The translations under genes and the position numbers were made by a program. Positions 52,251 through 64,000 of a DNA stretch of 64,000 nucleotides are shown in pieces. The first letter of the stretch is position 1. Each line of letters begins with the position of its first letter. A model generated the notes under the pieces. It ran no database searches. It was not told the DNA's origin and saw only the letters and a list, made by a program, of their open reading frames with translations. The stretch lies in the NCBI RefSeq assembly GCF_006345805.1, contig NC_043010.1, positions 8,742,001 through 8,806,000 of the forward strand. Reading direction: 5' to 3'. The DNA is from Octopus sinensis. Its lineage: Eukaryota.

Positions 52251-52469
52251 TCCTTTTCATAGGCAGGGGTGAATAAAGTATTAACATGTCAAGTATAGTC
52301 TGTCTATATAGCTAAATAATCTAAACATGCTCAAATTTGTAACTATTTGTTAATGCTGGAAATCATTGTTTAGTTATATCCTTTTACATTCTGAGTTCAA
52401 ATACCACCAAGGCCACTGCTGCTTCTCCACAGTACATCATGCAATGAACGTTCCCCAACTTGCACAGTT

Positions 52470-52715
52470 GCAAAACCTGTCATGAACCCACATGCTGCAG
52501 CAGTGCCTTTAGTCAAGCAAATCGGCCCCAGGACTTATTCTTTGTAAGCCTAGTACTTATTCTATCGGTCTCTTTTGCCAAACCACTAAGTTACAGGGAC
52601 GTAAACACACCAGTATCGGTTGTCAAGCGATGTTGGGGGGGACAAATATATACAAACACACACATACATTATATATATATATATATATATATATATACGA
52701 CGGGCTTCTTTCAGA
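52470..52715 (-). mobile_element. SINE family C, truncated
   Basis: 3' half of the body in reverse orientation. Confidence 0.8.
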
Positions 52716-53159
52716 TTCATGCCTGCCAGATCCTCCTTCAGAGTCTTCAACGAAATCTTAACAGGTCTGCCTCAGTTCCTATGTTTCCTTTCTACCTTTC
52801 ACTCAAGAAAGGCTCTCACTGTAGTCTCCTCAAATATCATATGGCTGCCTACCTTTTACCATCTCAAGGTGAAAGAAACTCAGCCATATATCCTGGTTAT
52901 ATATATAGCTGAATTATAAGTTATATTCATTTGAATAATTGTGCTGCTTCATGTAAATATTAAAGACATTTGTGAATTGGGAACGTTTTATGAATCTGTA
53001 TTCAAGTGTAAATATCAGTATATGAATATTTTCTAGATCACCATAGATTTGAGGAAATTTATGAATCTTTTGCTGGTCATTATACAACATGTATATTTTA
53101 CACATTACTTACACATATATCAGTATTTAGCCACAGATTTTATTGCTCATTAAATTCAT

Positions 53160-53221
53160 TTGTAACACACATATATATACATATATAAATATATATACAT
53201 GTGTGTATATGTGTATATATA

Positions 53222-53290
<69 letters not shown>

Positions 53291-53665
53291 CGCATTAAAA
53301 GGCCTCCAAATAAAGAAGTGAGTGCTAGATACACAAAAAGGGGACAAATTCATGAAATGGAATGAATAATTTATTTTTATTACCCTATTTACTATGTTTA
53401 AATATTTATAAATATATATATATATATGTGTGTGTATATGTACATATATATATATATAGCATATATATATATATGCATATATACATATATATGTATATAT
53501 ATATGTATGTATATATATATATATATGTTTATATATATATATATGCATATATACATATGTATGTATATATATGCATATATACATACATATATATATATAT
53601 ACATATATACATATATATGTGTGTGTGTATGTGTATATATGTATTTATATATAAATATATATACA

Positions 53666-53740
<75 letters not shown>

Positions 53741-53790
53741 ATAGCTCGATACATATATACATACACATGCATATCTACACATATGTATGC
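53160..53790. repeat. (TA)n/(CA)n compound microsatellite
   Basis: Directly visible. Confidence 0.95.
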
Positions 53791-55583
53791 CCATGTGCGT
53801 TGGGTGGAGTGTGGATGGATGGGTTCAGGTGTGTGTGTGCATGTATGTAAATGATGGGGTTCTGCAGGGATTCTGTCTATCAAACTCCACTCACATACAT
53901 TGGTTAACTAAGATAACAATAGAAAGGCATTTGCTCAAAGTACCTCACAGTGGACTCATAATAGAACAATAGGGTTACAGAACCGACTTTCTAATTACAC
54001 AGTCACAGACAGTCATTCCTGTACCTATAATGTGAGGCAGTACAAAATAACAATGACCGATACCATTATAGTTATTATTCCATTTACTCTCCAATCATTG
54101 TTGAACTATCTGGTTGTTTCTTATATAGAAACTACAAGCTTCCGTTTGCACAGTTTTGGTAATGGTTAATAATACCCTATATCTTAATGGTATTTCGGTT
54201 GCATAATGTTTTGTACCATTGGTACAATGTCATAATTTGTGGCTTATTTATTAATTTTTTTTTTTTTGGTTTAGCAAGAGGTTGGCTTGTTGATTAAATT
54301 GACACCTGTAATTTCATTGTTACCTGGTTTCTATTTTATAATGCAAATATATAATGTTCAGGTAATGAATGAAAAAACCACAGCTCTTGAATAATATTGA
54401 ACCTGGTTGTTTATAATGTAATACTGACAGTTCATTGGAATGTCAAATTCTGCAGTAATTTGGAGGTGAATTTCATTTATTTAGTGTACATGTATTTTAT
54501 GGAATCCTGTGGCACCATATGTAAACATACATTTATATTCATTATATTCATCTATTTAAATACATTATTCTAGAAAAGAAGAGAAAAAGAAGAAATGTGT
54601 TTAACACAATGTAAGGTGTTAGAAAGTTTTTAAAAAATTGTTAGCAGCAAAGACAAAATGTCTCTGCATCTATATTTACCAAAGAAGATGTGTTATTGCT
54701 GTTATGGCTTTGTGTAAACATTTTTTTTTTTTGTAGAGGTACACAAGAGACAATTTGTCTTCCTTGAAACATAAAAAATAGATTGGACAGAATATTTCTT
54801 CTATGATGAAAAGAGAGAGAAAGTGAGAGAGAGGGGAGAGAGAGAAAGAGAGAGATGGAAGAGTGAAAGAGAGAGAGAGTTAAGGAGAGATGGGAGAAAA
54901 AGAGAGAGACGCATGTCTATGTTTCCTCTGTATCTACCAAAGAAAATAAATCGTCTCACTTAAGTTCTCATATACATTCAAGAAAAATAATTGTTAACAT
55001 TATCTATAAATTATTCCATAGAAGTATGAATGTATTAGGCTTGGAATTGTTTTCTGTTATGTCAGGCTCAATATTACTGTATAAGCACGCATATCTTTGA
55101 ACTAGAATGAAAGTCCATGAGATTTATATATTTCTAACACCATGTTCCAATGTTCTTAGACATAAAAACTCTATTGAGTATAGTTATATGGAAGTCTACC
55201 TTAACATTTAGATATCCACCCACCTGAGATTACTTCTGGCTCCAGTATACAAAGCCTCTAAATTTGAAGTTCTTGTATTTAAATGAAAACTTTTTCTCAT
55301 AAGTTTATCCAAGAACCTTATTCTAATATTATATTCCAAATACCAGCTCAATGTAAAAGTATGTTATTCTCTTTGGTCCCCTTAAAATTCTTGCTTACTT
55401 TCAATATTGTCTTTAAAATGTAGACTGTATATTTCAACAGAACTATCATTGCAGAATGGCTACGTGTAAATTAAATGCAGACACCGCATTTGAATGTATG
55501 TAGTTATTGAACTTAAATTAGGAAACAAAACTAAAAAATAAAAAACAAAATCATTTGGTAATAAATAGTCTTTTCATACATAC

Positions 55584-55725
55584 CTGGTAGTGTTTCATAA
55601 AAGCCTTCTTTTTGACCATGTCGTTTAATATCAATAGGTGATAATGTGGACTTCTTATTAAAATGACTTGGTTCACAACTTGTAATTTCTTTGTCTTTCC
55701 AGCTGTCTGACATTTCCATTTCTTT
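55584..55725 (-). CDS. Coding exon candidate (KEMEMSDSWKDKEITSCEPSHFNKKSTLSPIDIKRHGQKEGFYETLP)
   Basis: tcttcag| acceptor (alternative in-frame AG giving a 55737 boundary), CCAG|gtatgt donor; open frame phase 0 to 1. Confidence 0.55.
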
Positions 55726-55994
55726 CTGAAGACATGGCTTTTTGTGCCATAAAGAAAACAACAATTAATAATAAAAAAAAAAATATATATATGTATATAT
55801 ATAAAGATAATAACATAAAATAGCAAAGTATCTGCAATATTTTATTTAATTCTCAGAAGTATGTACATATTTAGATATATCTATTATGTAAGTCTGTGGA
55901 AATATCTTGGAATAATTATATTTAAGCCTATGCATCTAGTGAAATATCTACATATATATATGTATGTATGTATGTATGTATATATGTATATATA

Positions 55995-56290
55995 TATATA
56001 GCACCATCCAAACGTGGCCGATGCCAGCGCCGCCTTGACTGGCTTCCGTGCCGGTGGCACGTTAAAAGCACCAACCAATCGTGGCTGATGCCAGACTCCA
56101 CTGGCACGTAAAAAGCACCCACTACACTTGTGGAGTGGTTGGCGTTAGGAAGGGCATCCAGCTGTAGAAACACTGCCAGAACAGACTAGAGCCTGGTGCA
56201 GCCCCTGGCTTCCCAGACCCTGGTCGAACCGTCCAACCCGTTCTAGCGCGGAAAACGGACGTTAAACAATGATGATGATGATGATGATAT
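55995..56290 (+). mobile_element. Family D element, two internal units
   Basis: Body and (TGA)n tail as at 22915. Confidence 0.85.
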
Positions 56291-56668
56291 ATATATATAT
56301 ATATATATTAAAAAAGTTTACTCTCGTTTGACAGATCCTTACTGAATGTAAATGGAGAAACTTGCAGTATTTATAAGATTATTGGGACATTAGATGTATA
56401 TAAGCTGATGGGTTTGTTAATTGTAATTCATAATTTGAACTATAGGGAGGAATATGAATTAATGTTCATATACGTGTAAGCATGTGAAAATATATTTAGG
56501 TATATTTGTATTTAAGCTAAAGCATTCAACGAAATATTTAAGATAAGTTATACTTGAACTTCCATGGATCTATTAAAGGTCAGTTTTAAGGAAAGAAGAC
56601 AATGAGTTAGATGGAAAATGTCACAGACAATTTTAATTTCTAATTGTATGTTGTTTTGGGTCTCTTAC

Positions 56669-56753
56669 ATTGCTCGTGTTTTTGAGAAATGCACAACTGT
56701 CTGGAATCTTATTACCTCTCAAGTCAATGAAGGATACCATTTGATACATCAGT
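56669..56753 (-). CDS. Coding exon candidate with LRR-like motif (xLMYQMVSFIDLRGNKIPDSCAFLKNTSN)
   Basis: ttgttatctgatcag| acceptor, AAT|gtaaga donor; phase 2 to 0 fits the next exon; VxxIxLxxNxI pattern. Confidence 0.55.
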
Positions 56754-57443
56754 CTGATCAGATAACAATAGAAAGGTTTTAACCATTGGTAGATACCACT
56801 GATTACAAAAGGTCTGACAACTATCTATCACACTTGTTCAAGGAATAAAAAAAGTATCATGTAAATTATAACCATCCAGTGATAAAGAATTAGGTGGTAA
56901 GTTGGTGAAATCATTAGCACATCAGATAAAATGTTTAGCATCATTTCTTCTGGCTCTTTACTCTCTGAGTTCAAATCCCGTTGAGGTCAACTTTGCCTTT
57001 TATCCCTTCAGGCTTTATATAGCTATGGTGTGGCCTCACCTGGAATTTGCATCTTGCCCAATAAAATGTATGCCAATGAGGAAGCTTCAATGTAACCACT
57101 TGAAAAGCTAGAAATAACAACCAAATCTTTATTCAATCTACACACTGAACTGCAAAAGACACATTGGTTTATGGAACTTTAAAAAAACCAAATGCATAGT
57201 CATAGACTGAATGACCCTACTCATCAATCAGGGTTGACTTAGAAAAGCAACACTAACAAAAGTAACAACAACACTGACTCACAAAGAAGTTTTCCGTACA
57301 TATGCTCTATCTCTAGGGACAAATTAATGAAAACTTTTATCACTAACATATTAAGAACTCCTCTGAAATATTTGGGTTCATCTTTGTTGGAGGTAAAATT
57401 CTTTAGTCTTGAACATTATCATAGATTTTTTTAAAGGTCAAAA

Positions 57444-57657
57444 TACGAGGATTATTGAAAAGTTTCTAGCTTTAGATAAAAGCAAGTACTGGGAGATCAA
57501 TTAATTAGGATTTTATTTAACATATTCCCTTTTCAGGCATTTATTGTAGCAATCCTTCAGTTTTTCTAAGTCCTGTAAAAGAACTCAGGAGGTTGAGCCT
57601 CTAACCAGACCTTTCATAATACCCTTAAAGCTAGGAACTTTTCAGCACCTCCTTGTA
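57444..57657. mobile_element. Mariner-type MITE
   Basis: TA-cgaggattattgaaaagtttctagcttt and aaagctaggaacttttcagcacctccttg-TA form ~28-bp imperfect TIRs flanked by TA. Confidence 0.7.
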
Positions 57658-57738
57658 CATTATTTCTTGGAAGGCAGCTTCTCAAACCAAAATCTTCAAA
57701 CTTTTTATTCATGAGAGACCTTTTATATTGCATTCTAG

Positions 57739-57908
57739 GTGCAGGAGTGGCTGTGTGGTAAGTAGCTTGCTTACCAACCACATGGTTCCGGGTTCAGTCC
57801 CACTGCATGGCATCTCGGGCAAGTGTCTTCTACTATAGCCCCGGGCCGACCAATGCCTTGTGAGTGGATTTGGTAGACGGAAACTGAAAGAAGCCTGTCG
57901 TATATATG

Positions 57909-57939
<31 letters not shown>

Positions 57940-58155
57940 TTGTGTGTCTGTGTTTGTCCCCCTAGCATTGCTTGACAACCGATGCTGGTGTGTTTACGTC
58001 CCCGTCACTTAGCGGTTCGGCAAAAGAGACCGATAGAATAAGTACTGGGCTTACAAAGAATAAGTCCCGAGGTCGATTTGCTCGACTAAAGGCAGTGCTC
58101 CAGCATGGCCGCAGTCAAATGACAGAAACAAATAAAAGAGTAAAGAGAGTAAAGA
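57739..58155 (+). mobile_element. SINE family C
   Basis: Full body with a repeated aaagagta tail. Confidence 0.9.
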
Positions 58156-58219
58156 GTATTAGGCATATTACATTGCTTGAAGTAAGCAAATAAAATATTC
58201 CTAGCAGTACATATATTAC

Positions 58220-58271
58220 CTTATGTTTGCACTAAGTTGATCGCAGGTATTATCTTTGCAGTGCAAGGCTA
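58220..58271 (-). CDS. Candidate exon (xALHCKDNTCDQLSANIR)
   Basis: cccag| acceptor and TAAG|gtaata donor; phase 1 to 2 bridges 62380 and 56753. Confidence 0.35.
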
Positions 58272-59482
58272 CTGGGTGGTTTGAAAAGCATTTTAAGTAA
58301 GTTTTCAGGTTGGTTGGAGTGTGAAATAAAATTAATGAAGATTCTTGGTGGATAATTGATATAAACACATGCAACCATAAACACATCCATAAATACATGC
58401 ATACATGCCTGCATACCAGCATTTAAGCACTCATACACACACACACACACATACATATACATACACTAATATTCAGAAATTTATACGCATGCACACATAT
58501 TTTATATGATTAATTTTTAATGTATGCACGAGCATATATGAGTACAAGAATGTCTTTGATGCATATATATAAATGTATGTATATTCACATAGTTGTGTGA
58601 ATGTCTCCTTGTGTATGTAAATCTCTATGCCTCAGCCTGCATAATTATAGGTATACCTAATATCATTAATATTTATTTCATATTCTATAAAATCTAATTC
58701 AAAAATCTATGTGAAATATAATTATCTTTGCATTCATACAACAATAATCTAGTTAAAATGAATAGATAACTTTTTTAAAAGTCTTATAGATTTTTACCTC
58801 TTCAGCTAATAGTGTATGGCTACAAAATTAAGTTAATTAGCTATGTGAATTATTATTATTTGTTTAATTATTTTATCTTATCGAAAATGAGGATAAAATC
58901 AGGAAATGAATAACTCTATGTATATAGTTAAAGCCAAATTAGAAGTACTGTATTAATTGCCCTTAACTGCTCATATTTTCCATTCATTTCTATAGTTATA
59001 TTTAAATCAAGGCGGGGAAAACAAGTTTTTGTATTTCAAAGAATTTAATACACGGTTTACACTAAACCTAATATTACGTTTTTACTTCTTTTCTTCAGAA
59101 TATTTGATTAGTAGTAATTGTTTTGTGTGTGTGGTTTAGAAGTTTCATATGGTTTCAGGTTCAGTCCCATAGCTTGGTATTATGAATTAATGCTTTCTAA
59201 TCTTGCCACAGGCTGAGTTTGAATAGAATCTTACAGTCAGAAATTTGCAGAAGCATATATAATATATATATATATAATATATATATTAATATATATAATA
59301 TATCATATATATGATGAATGATGATATATATTATCATCATATATCTGATGATATGATGATATATATATATGTATATATATATCATATATCATATATATGA
59401 TGATAATGATGATATATAATATGTATATATATATATAGATATATATATATATATATATATCATATATATGATGATAATGATA

Positions 59483-59525
<43 letters not shown>

Positions 59526-60039
59526 CATACATATATATATGTATTATATATATATATATATATATGTATACATACATATATATATGTATATAAGTATGTG
59601 TGTGTGCTTATGTGTGTGTGTATATATATATATATATATGCATACACACACACTCATACAGAGCATTTATACAAAAGAGTTTCATCAGTTGACATAATGT
59701 AATAGGTATGTACTATTAGTGCTCAGTTGTAAACCACAAATACACCAGCTTTAACTGCAAAATCAACTCCAGAACTTATTTAAGTCTGGTGCTTATCCTG
59801 TCACTTGTTTCTGAGAAACAACTAAATTATAGGAATGTAAACAAACTCACACCATTTTTGAAGAAGTGGTAGGGGTAGGCAAGCACCAGACACACACATG
59901 CAAACACACCCACACACACACATACACACACACGCACACAAACACACACACTCACACAAATTAGGTACCATGGTTTAAATACAATTTGATTTTTCATGTA
60001 GTATCAGCTGTGTCATTGTAAAATAAATGATGGACTTGT

Positions 60040-60200
60040 TAACTTGCAACAGAGTTCAACAGTTGTAAGAATAAGAATGGGCAGAGCAAAGTTCAGAGAT
60101 CTGCTTCTGCTGGCAACAAAGGGCCTCTCCCTCAGAGTGAAAGGCAGATTGTATGATGCCTGTGTACAAACAGCTATGCTACACTGTAGTGAAACAGAGA
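60040..60200 (+). mobile_element. RTE LINE fragment
   Basis: Frame VVRIRMGRAKFRDLL.LATKGLSLRVKGRLYDACVQTAML.SE resembles the RTE region after the RT domain. Confidence 0.75.
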
Positions 60201-60659
60201 AGGTAATAGCAAAATATTAAAATACTTATCGCTTTACTTAGTATAATGTTTTCAGTCATCTTTGCAAATTGTTTTGATGTAGGCCTTCATTATGACTGGC
60301 CTGCATAGTGTCTGATGTGTAAAGAAACATGAATATACCAACTTCATCATGCACTGGCATTCAGAGAAGATTCAACTGCTATTTCTAGTAGACTGAATGA
60401 CCTTGTTAAGCAGGCATGGATAAGCTTTAAGTATTTTCAACCAATGGGCAAATGGACCTCATGAAGAGTTGCTCATCATGAATCATGTACCACACAGAAT
60501 GTCAAAAGTGCCACTGGTTGTACATGCTTGATATAAATTATCTCTTGCTGATTTAAAGAAAAAAATTCAGTGCAAAATATGGAATATTTGCTTAGGCTAG
60601 TGATATATATATATATACCTATGAGGGAAAAAAAAATTCGTCTATGGATGAGTTAGAGA

Positions 60660-61060
60660 ATTAAAGACAGGATTCAGTGTATTCTGTAAGAGATAAGTGT
60701 TGACATGTAATGTAGAAGGTTGATGTGTGCATCATCCAAACATGGTCGATTCCAGTGCTCTCTGAGTGGCATGTAAAAAGCGCCATCTGAACGAAGTTGA
60801 TGTGAGGTCCGCCTGACTGGCTCTCATACTGATGGCATGTAAAAAGCACCATCTGAACGTGGCCACTGTCAGTGCTCCCTGACTGGCTCCTGTGTTTGCA
60901 GTATCTGAATGTGATCAATGCCAGGCCCATCTGATTGTCTCTTGCACCGGTGGAATGTAAAAAACTCCCACTACACTCTCGGAGTGGTTGGTGTTAGGAA
61001 GGGCATCCAGCTGTACAAACATTGCCAGATCAGGTTGGAGCTTGGTGCGGCTACTGGCTT
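60660..61060 (+). mobile_element. Diverged family D element with about three internal units
   Basis: gcatgtaaaaagcaccatctgaacg units then gtggttggtgttaggaagggcatccagctg. Confidence 0.7.
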
Positions 61061-61370
61061 TCCAGACCTCAGTCATACTTTTCAAAGTTTTGTAGGGTTG
61101 TGGACTCATTTGGAAGAGGGCAGGGGGGAGGGGTTAGGGAAGATGTGCGAAGTAGACGGGTCGGGGTGGAGTCATGTATATACACGAAAAGGTTACTTGG
61201 TATTTGTCTTTGTTGCATTCTTTATGCATCCATCTGCTTTGCAATTTCAACATGTTAGTTCAAACAGATCCACTCACACATTACATATGCACAATTATGC
61301 ATTTATAAATACATACATATTTGCACACACATGTTCATACAAACAGACACACATAGACACAGACACACAC

Positions 61371-61406
<36 letters not shown>

Positions 61407-61937
61407 GTATTAATGTGAGTCAAACTGTAATTAAATATATACATCATTCCTACTGATAGTATCGTTTTCCCCTCAAGACTCTTGTGTATGAAACCTATTG
61501 GTAAAATCAGTTGCTATGGATCTATAATATGGTATTGTGTTGGTATATATATAAGTGTGTGGGTTTATGTTTGTGTGTGTGTGTGTTTATTTGTATGACT
61601 CTGCAGAAAGATATTGCAAAATGACAATAATAAAATACATAGCTATATAAATTTTACATTACAAAATACAGGAAAAAAATAAAAAAGACATTTTCAGGGT
61701 TGCAATGGACTCTTCCATGCATATAAAGCTAATTTGTCATATCAAAAGAATAAAGGGTCAAAGTTGGTTTTAAGGAAAGGCACTTCAAGACATTTTTGTT
61801 ATTGTATATCGAATAATTTTGTTACTGTTTTGTTTATCTAGAACAAGTATAGAATAAGAGAGCAGTAATAATGTACATAGAAATATGAAATGCCTAAAGT
61901 GGAAAGCATTTGCAAGCTAAATAATATACATGAGTGT

Positions 61938-61980
<43 letters not shown>

Positions 61981-62379
61981 TATATATATATTATATGATT
62001 ATATATATATATATATATGATATATTATAATATATATATATATATAAACGGTAGTATGTGTATGTACATGTCTGTGCATGTGTTGATAAATATTATAAAG
62101 ATTTATTTTTAAAAGTAGGAAAGTGTGCACGATTTGAAAGATGATGTAGAATAATGTTTAAAGTAATGAGATAGAAACAAGCCTTCCAGGCTTACATGGA
62201 CATAGCTGTAAAGAATCTATACATATTAGGTGTATCTCTTCACTTTTATTAATATTGTTTTAAGTCTGCTAGAATAAGCAGATGATGAGTCGAAATATGT
62301 ATCTGAATATATGGTTCTTCAGTTTCTCTTAACCATTATGGTTAAGACCAGGCAGGCTGAAGTATCATATTTGTCTGAC

Positions 62380-62495
62380 AAATATATAAATATTCTAATT
62401 GTTCTTTCAAGAGATCTTTGCCTTTATAAGGTTCGTTGATAGTTTGTTCTTTTTTAATTTGAACAGCAATATAATGTCGATCAAGCAGCAATGTT
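62380..62495 (-). CDS. Candidate exon (TLLLDRHYIAVQIKKEQTINEPYKGKDLLKEQLEYLYI)
   Basis: catatag| acceptor (weak tract) and TTT|gtcaga donor; phase 2 to 1, compatible with both neighbours. Confidence 0.4.
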
Positions 62496-62925
62496 CTATA
62501 TGTGTGTGTGGGGGGGGCATGCATGCGTGGGTGTGCGTGTGTGGGGGTGCATGCATGGGTGCATGTGTGTGTGTGTATATATCTATATGTATCTGTATAC
62601 ATTTACCTGTTTATTTATTCATACCTTTAGTCTTTTATGTATGTGCTTACCATATTTTTGTATGTTTTTTTAAAATTTCATATCCCTATTTATTTTTGAG
62701 AAATCGGAATGTTCAATATATCCACCTCCCTAAGAATTTCCCTCCTAAATGTCACTCCCAACCCACCTTTTTATTGTTTCACTTCTTTTTTGTGAAGGGT
62801 TTGTCTTCGTTTACGTTTTTTTGTTATCATCATTTTCAATGCCAGCACTTCATAATTCACCAAGCATGCACTTTATATATCTTTGAGCTAAGAATATTTT
62901 CCTAACGAGGAGTGACTTAGATCTT

Positions 62926-62973
<48 letters not shown>

Positions 62974-63221
62974 CATTGCTGTTGTTGTTGTTGATGTTGC
63001 TGCTGCTACTACAACTGCTCATTTTTTCTTTGTTTTGTGATTTTTTTTTTTCCTGCTTGTTAAAAAAAAAAATTGTAGTTTCTAAACAAGATAAAAGCAA
63101 AAATAATGCATGAAAAAAAAAAACTGGGATATAACAATAAAACAATGGATGTGTGTGTGCATGCATGTGTGTGTATGAGTGCATGCATGAGTGTGTATGA
63201 GTGCATGCATGTGTGTGTAAC

Positions 63222-63255
<34 letters not shown>

Positions 63256-63270
63256 CATATGTGTGTATGT

Positions 63271-63340
<70 letters not shown>

Positions 63341-63576
63341 ATATATATATGTTTGTGTATATATATATATATATCTATATATATATATATGTATATATAT
63401 ATATGTATATAGATATATATATATAAATATATTATATGTAAATATATATATATGTTATATATTATATATTTTTATATATATATTTCTTTTTTATTTTCCA
63501 CAGTCCCCTCATGCATTTTTATTCTGCATTAGTAAAGCAGAAAATTCTACTTGTTGAATCCAAGTCAATTCTTTAC

Positions 63577-63786
63577 CCATCAAAAGGCCGATTATATGAT
63601 AGTAGCAAATAATCAATATTGTTATCTCTACTCCATTGTTCATATTGACTCGATATTGTAGTGTAACTATCAGTAAATGAGATGCTATCTAACCTTTGTG
63701 TTAACACCGTGAATTCATAAAACTTGACCAATCTATGCAAATATAGTAATTTTCTCAATGCTTTTTTTCTTTTTCTTTGCACTTCT
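63577..63786 (-). CDS. Coding exon candidate (xEVQRKRKKALRKLLYLHRLVKFYEF...NNIDYLLLSYNRPFDG)
   Basis: Poly-T acceptor tttttttttatcag|, GATGG|gtaaag donor; 210-bp open frame, phase 2 to 2; the gene would continue beyond the window. Confidence 0.55.
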
Positions 63787-63903
63787 CTGATAAAAAAAAA
63801 TGTGCATCTTTTCTTCTTTTTTCTATTCCATTTAAAGGAGACAGCTATTTACAGAGTTGAAAACAAAAACAAAAAAGAATATATATATATATATATATAA
63901 TAT

Positions 63904-63946
<43 letters not shown>

Positions 63947-64000
63947 ACAATATATATCTAATATTTTTTTCAGTTTCTTTAATATATATATATATAGATA

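Noticed and set aside
51746-52287. Thr/Phe/Ser and Val/Lys/Glu repeat ORFs
   Set aside because: Stop-free hexamer array inside a SINE; no splice or start context.
54680-54810. Splice-bounded minus-strand frame (EEIFCPIYFL...)
   Set aside because: Contains an A12 run and would create TGA when joined to the 40192 exon.

Overview
AT-rich, repeat-dense eukaryotic DNA, most likely from an octopus or other cephalopod. That assignment is inferred from base composition, the microsatellite load and SINE families I recognise; it was not tested by a search. Most ORFs in the supplied track are translations of microsatellites or SINEs. The window holds several tRNA-headed SINE families, an RTE-tail element with an internal ~60-bp VNTR, RTE and other LINE fragments, a decayed Tc1/mariner transposon, several MITE-like elements and Penelope-like (PLE) remnants. 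Hand splice-site reading suggests short minus-strand coding exons of an unidentified gene from about 63.8 kb down to 37.4 or 30.2 kb, possibly further; one exon carries an LRR-like motif. The most interesting signal is a set of minimal hammerhead-ribozyme-like motifs in the PLE remnants: two with the canonical CUGACGA core, one decayed copy with compensatory stem changes, and two tandem copies with an atypical CUGCAUUGA core inside a foldback structure at 23.5-24.2 kb. No rRNA, bona fide tRNA genes or CRISPR arrays were seen. Repeat boundaries are approximate and the exon calls are hand predictions.
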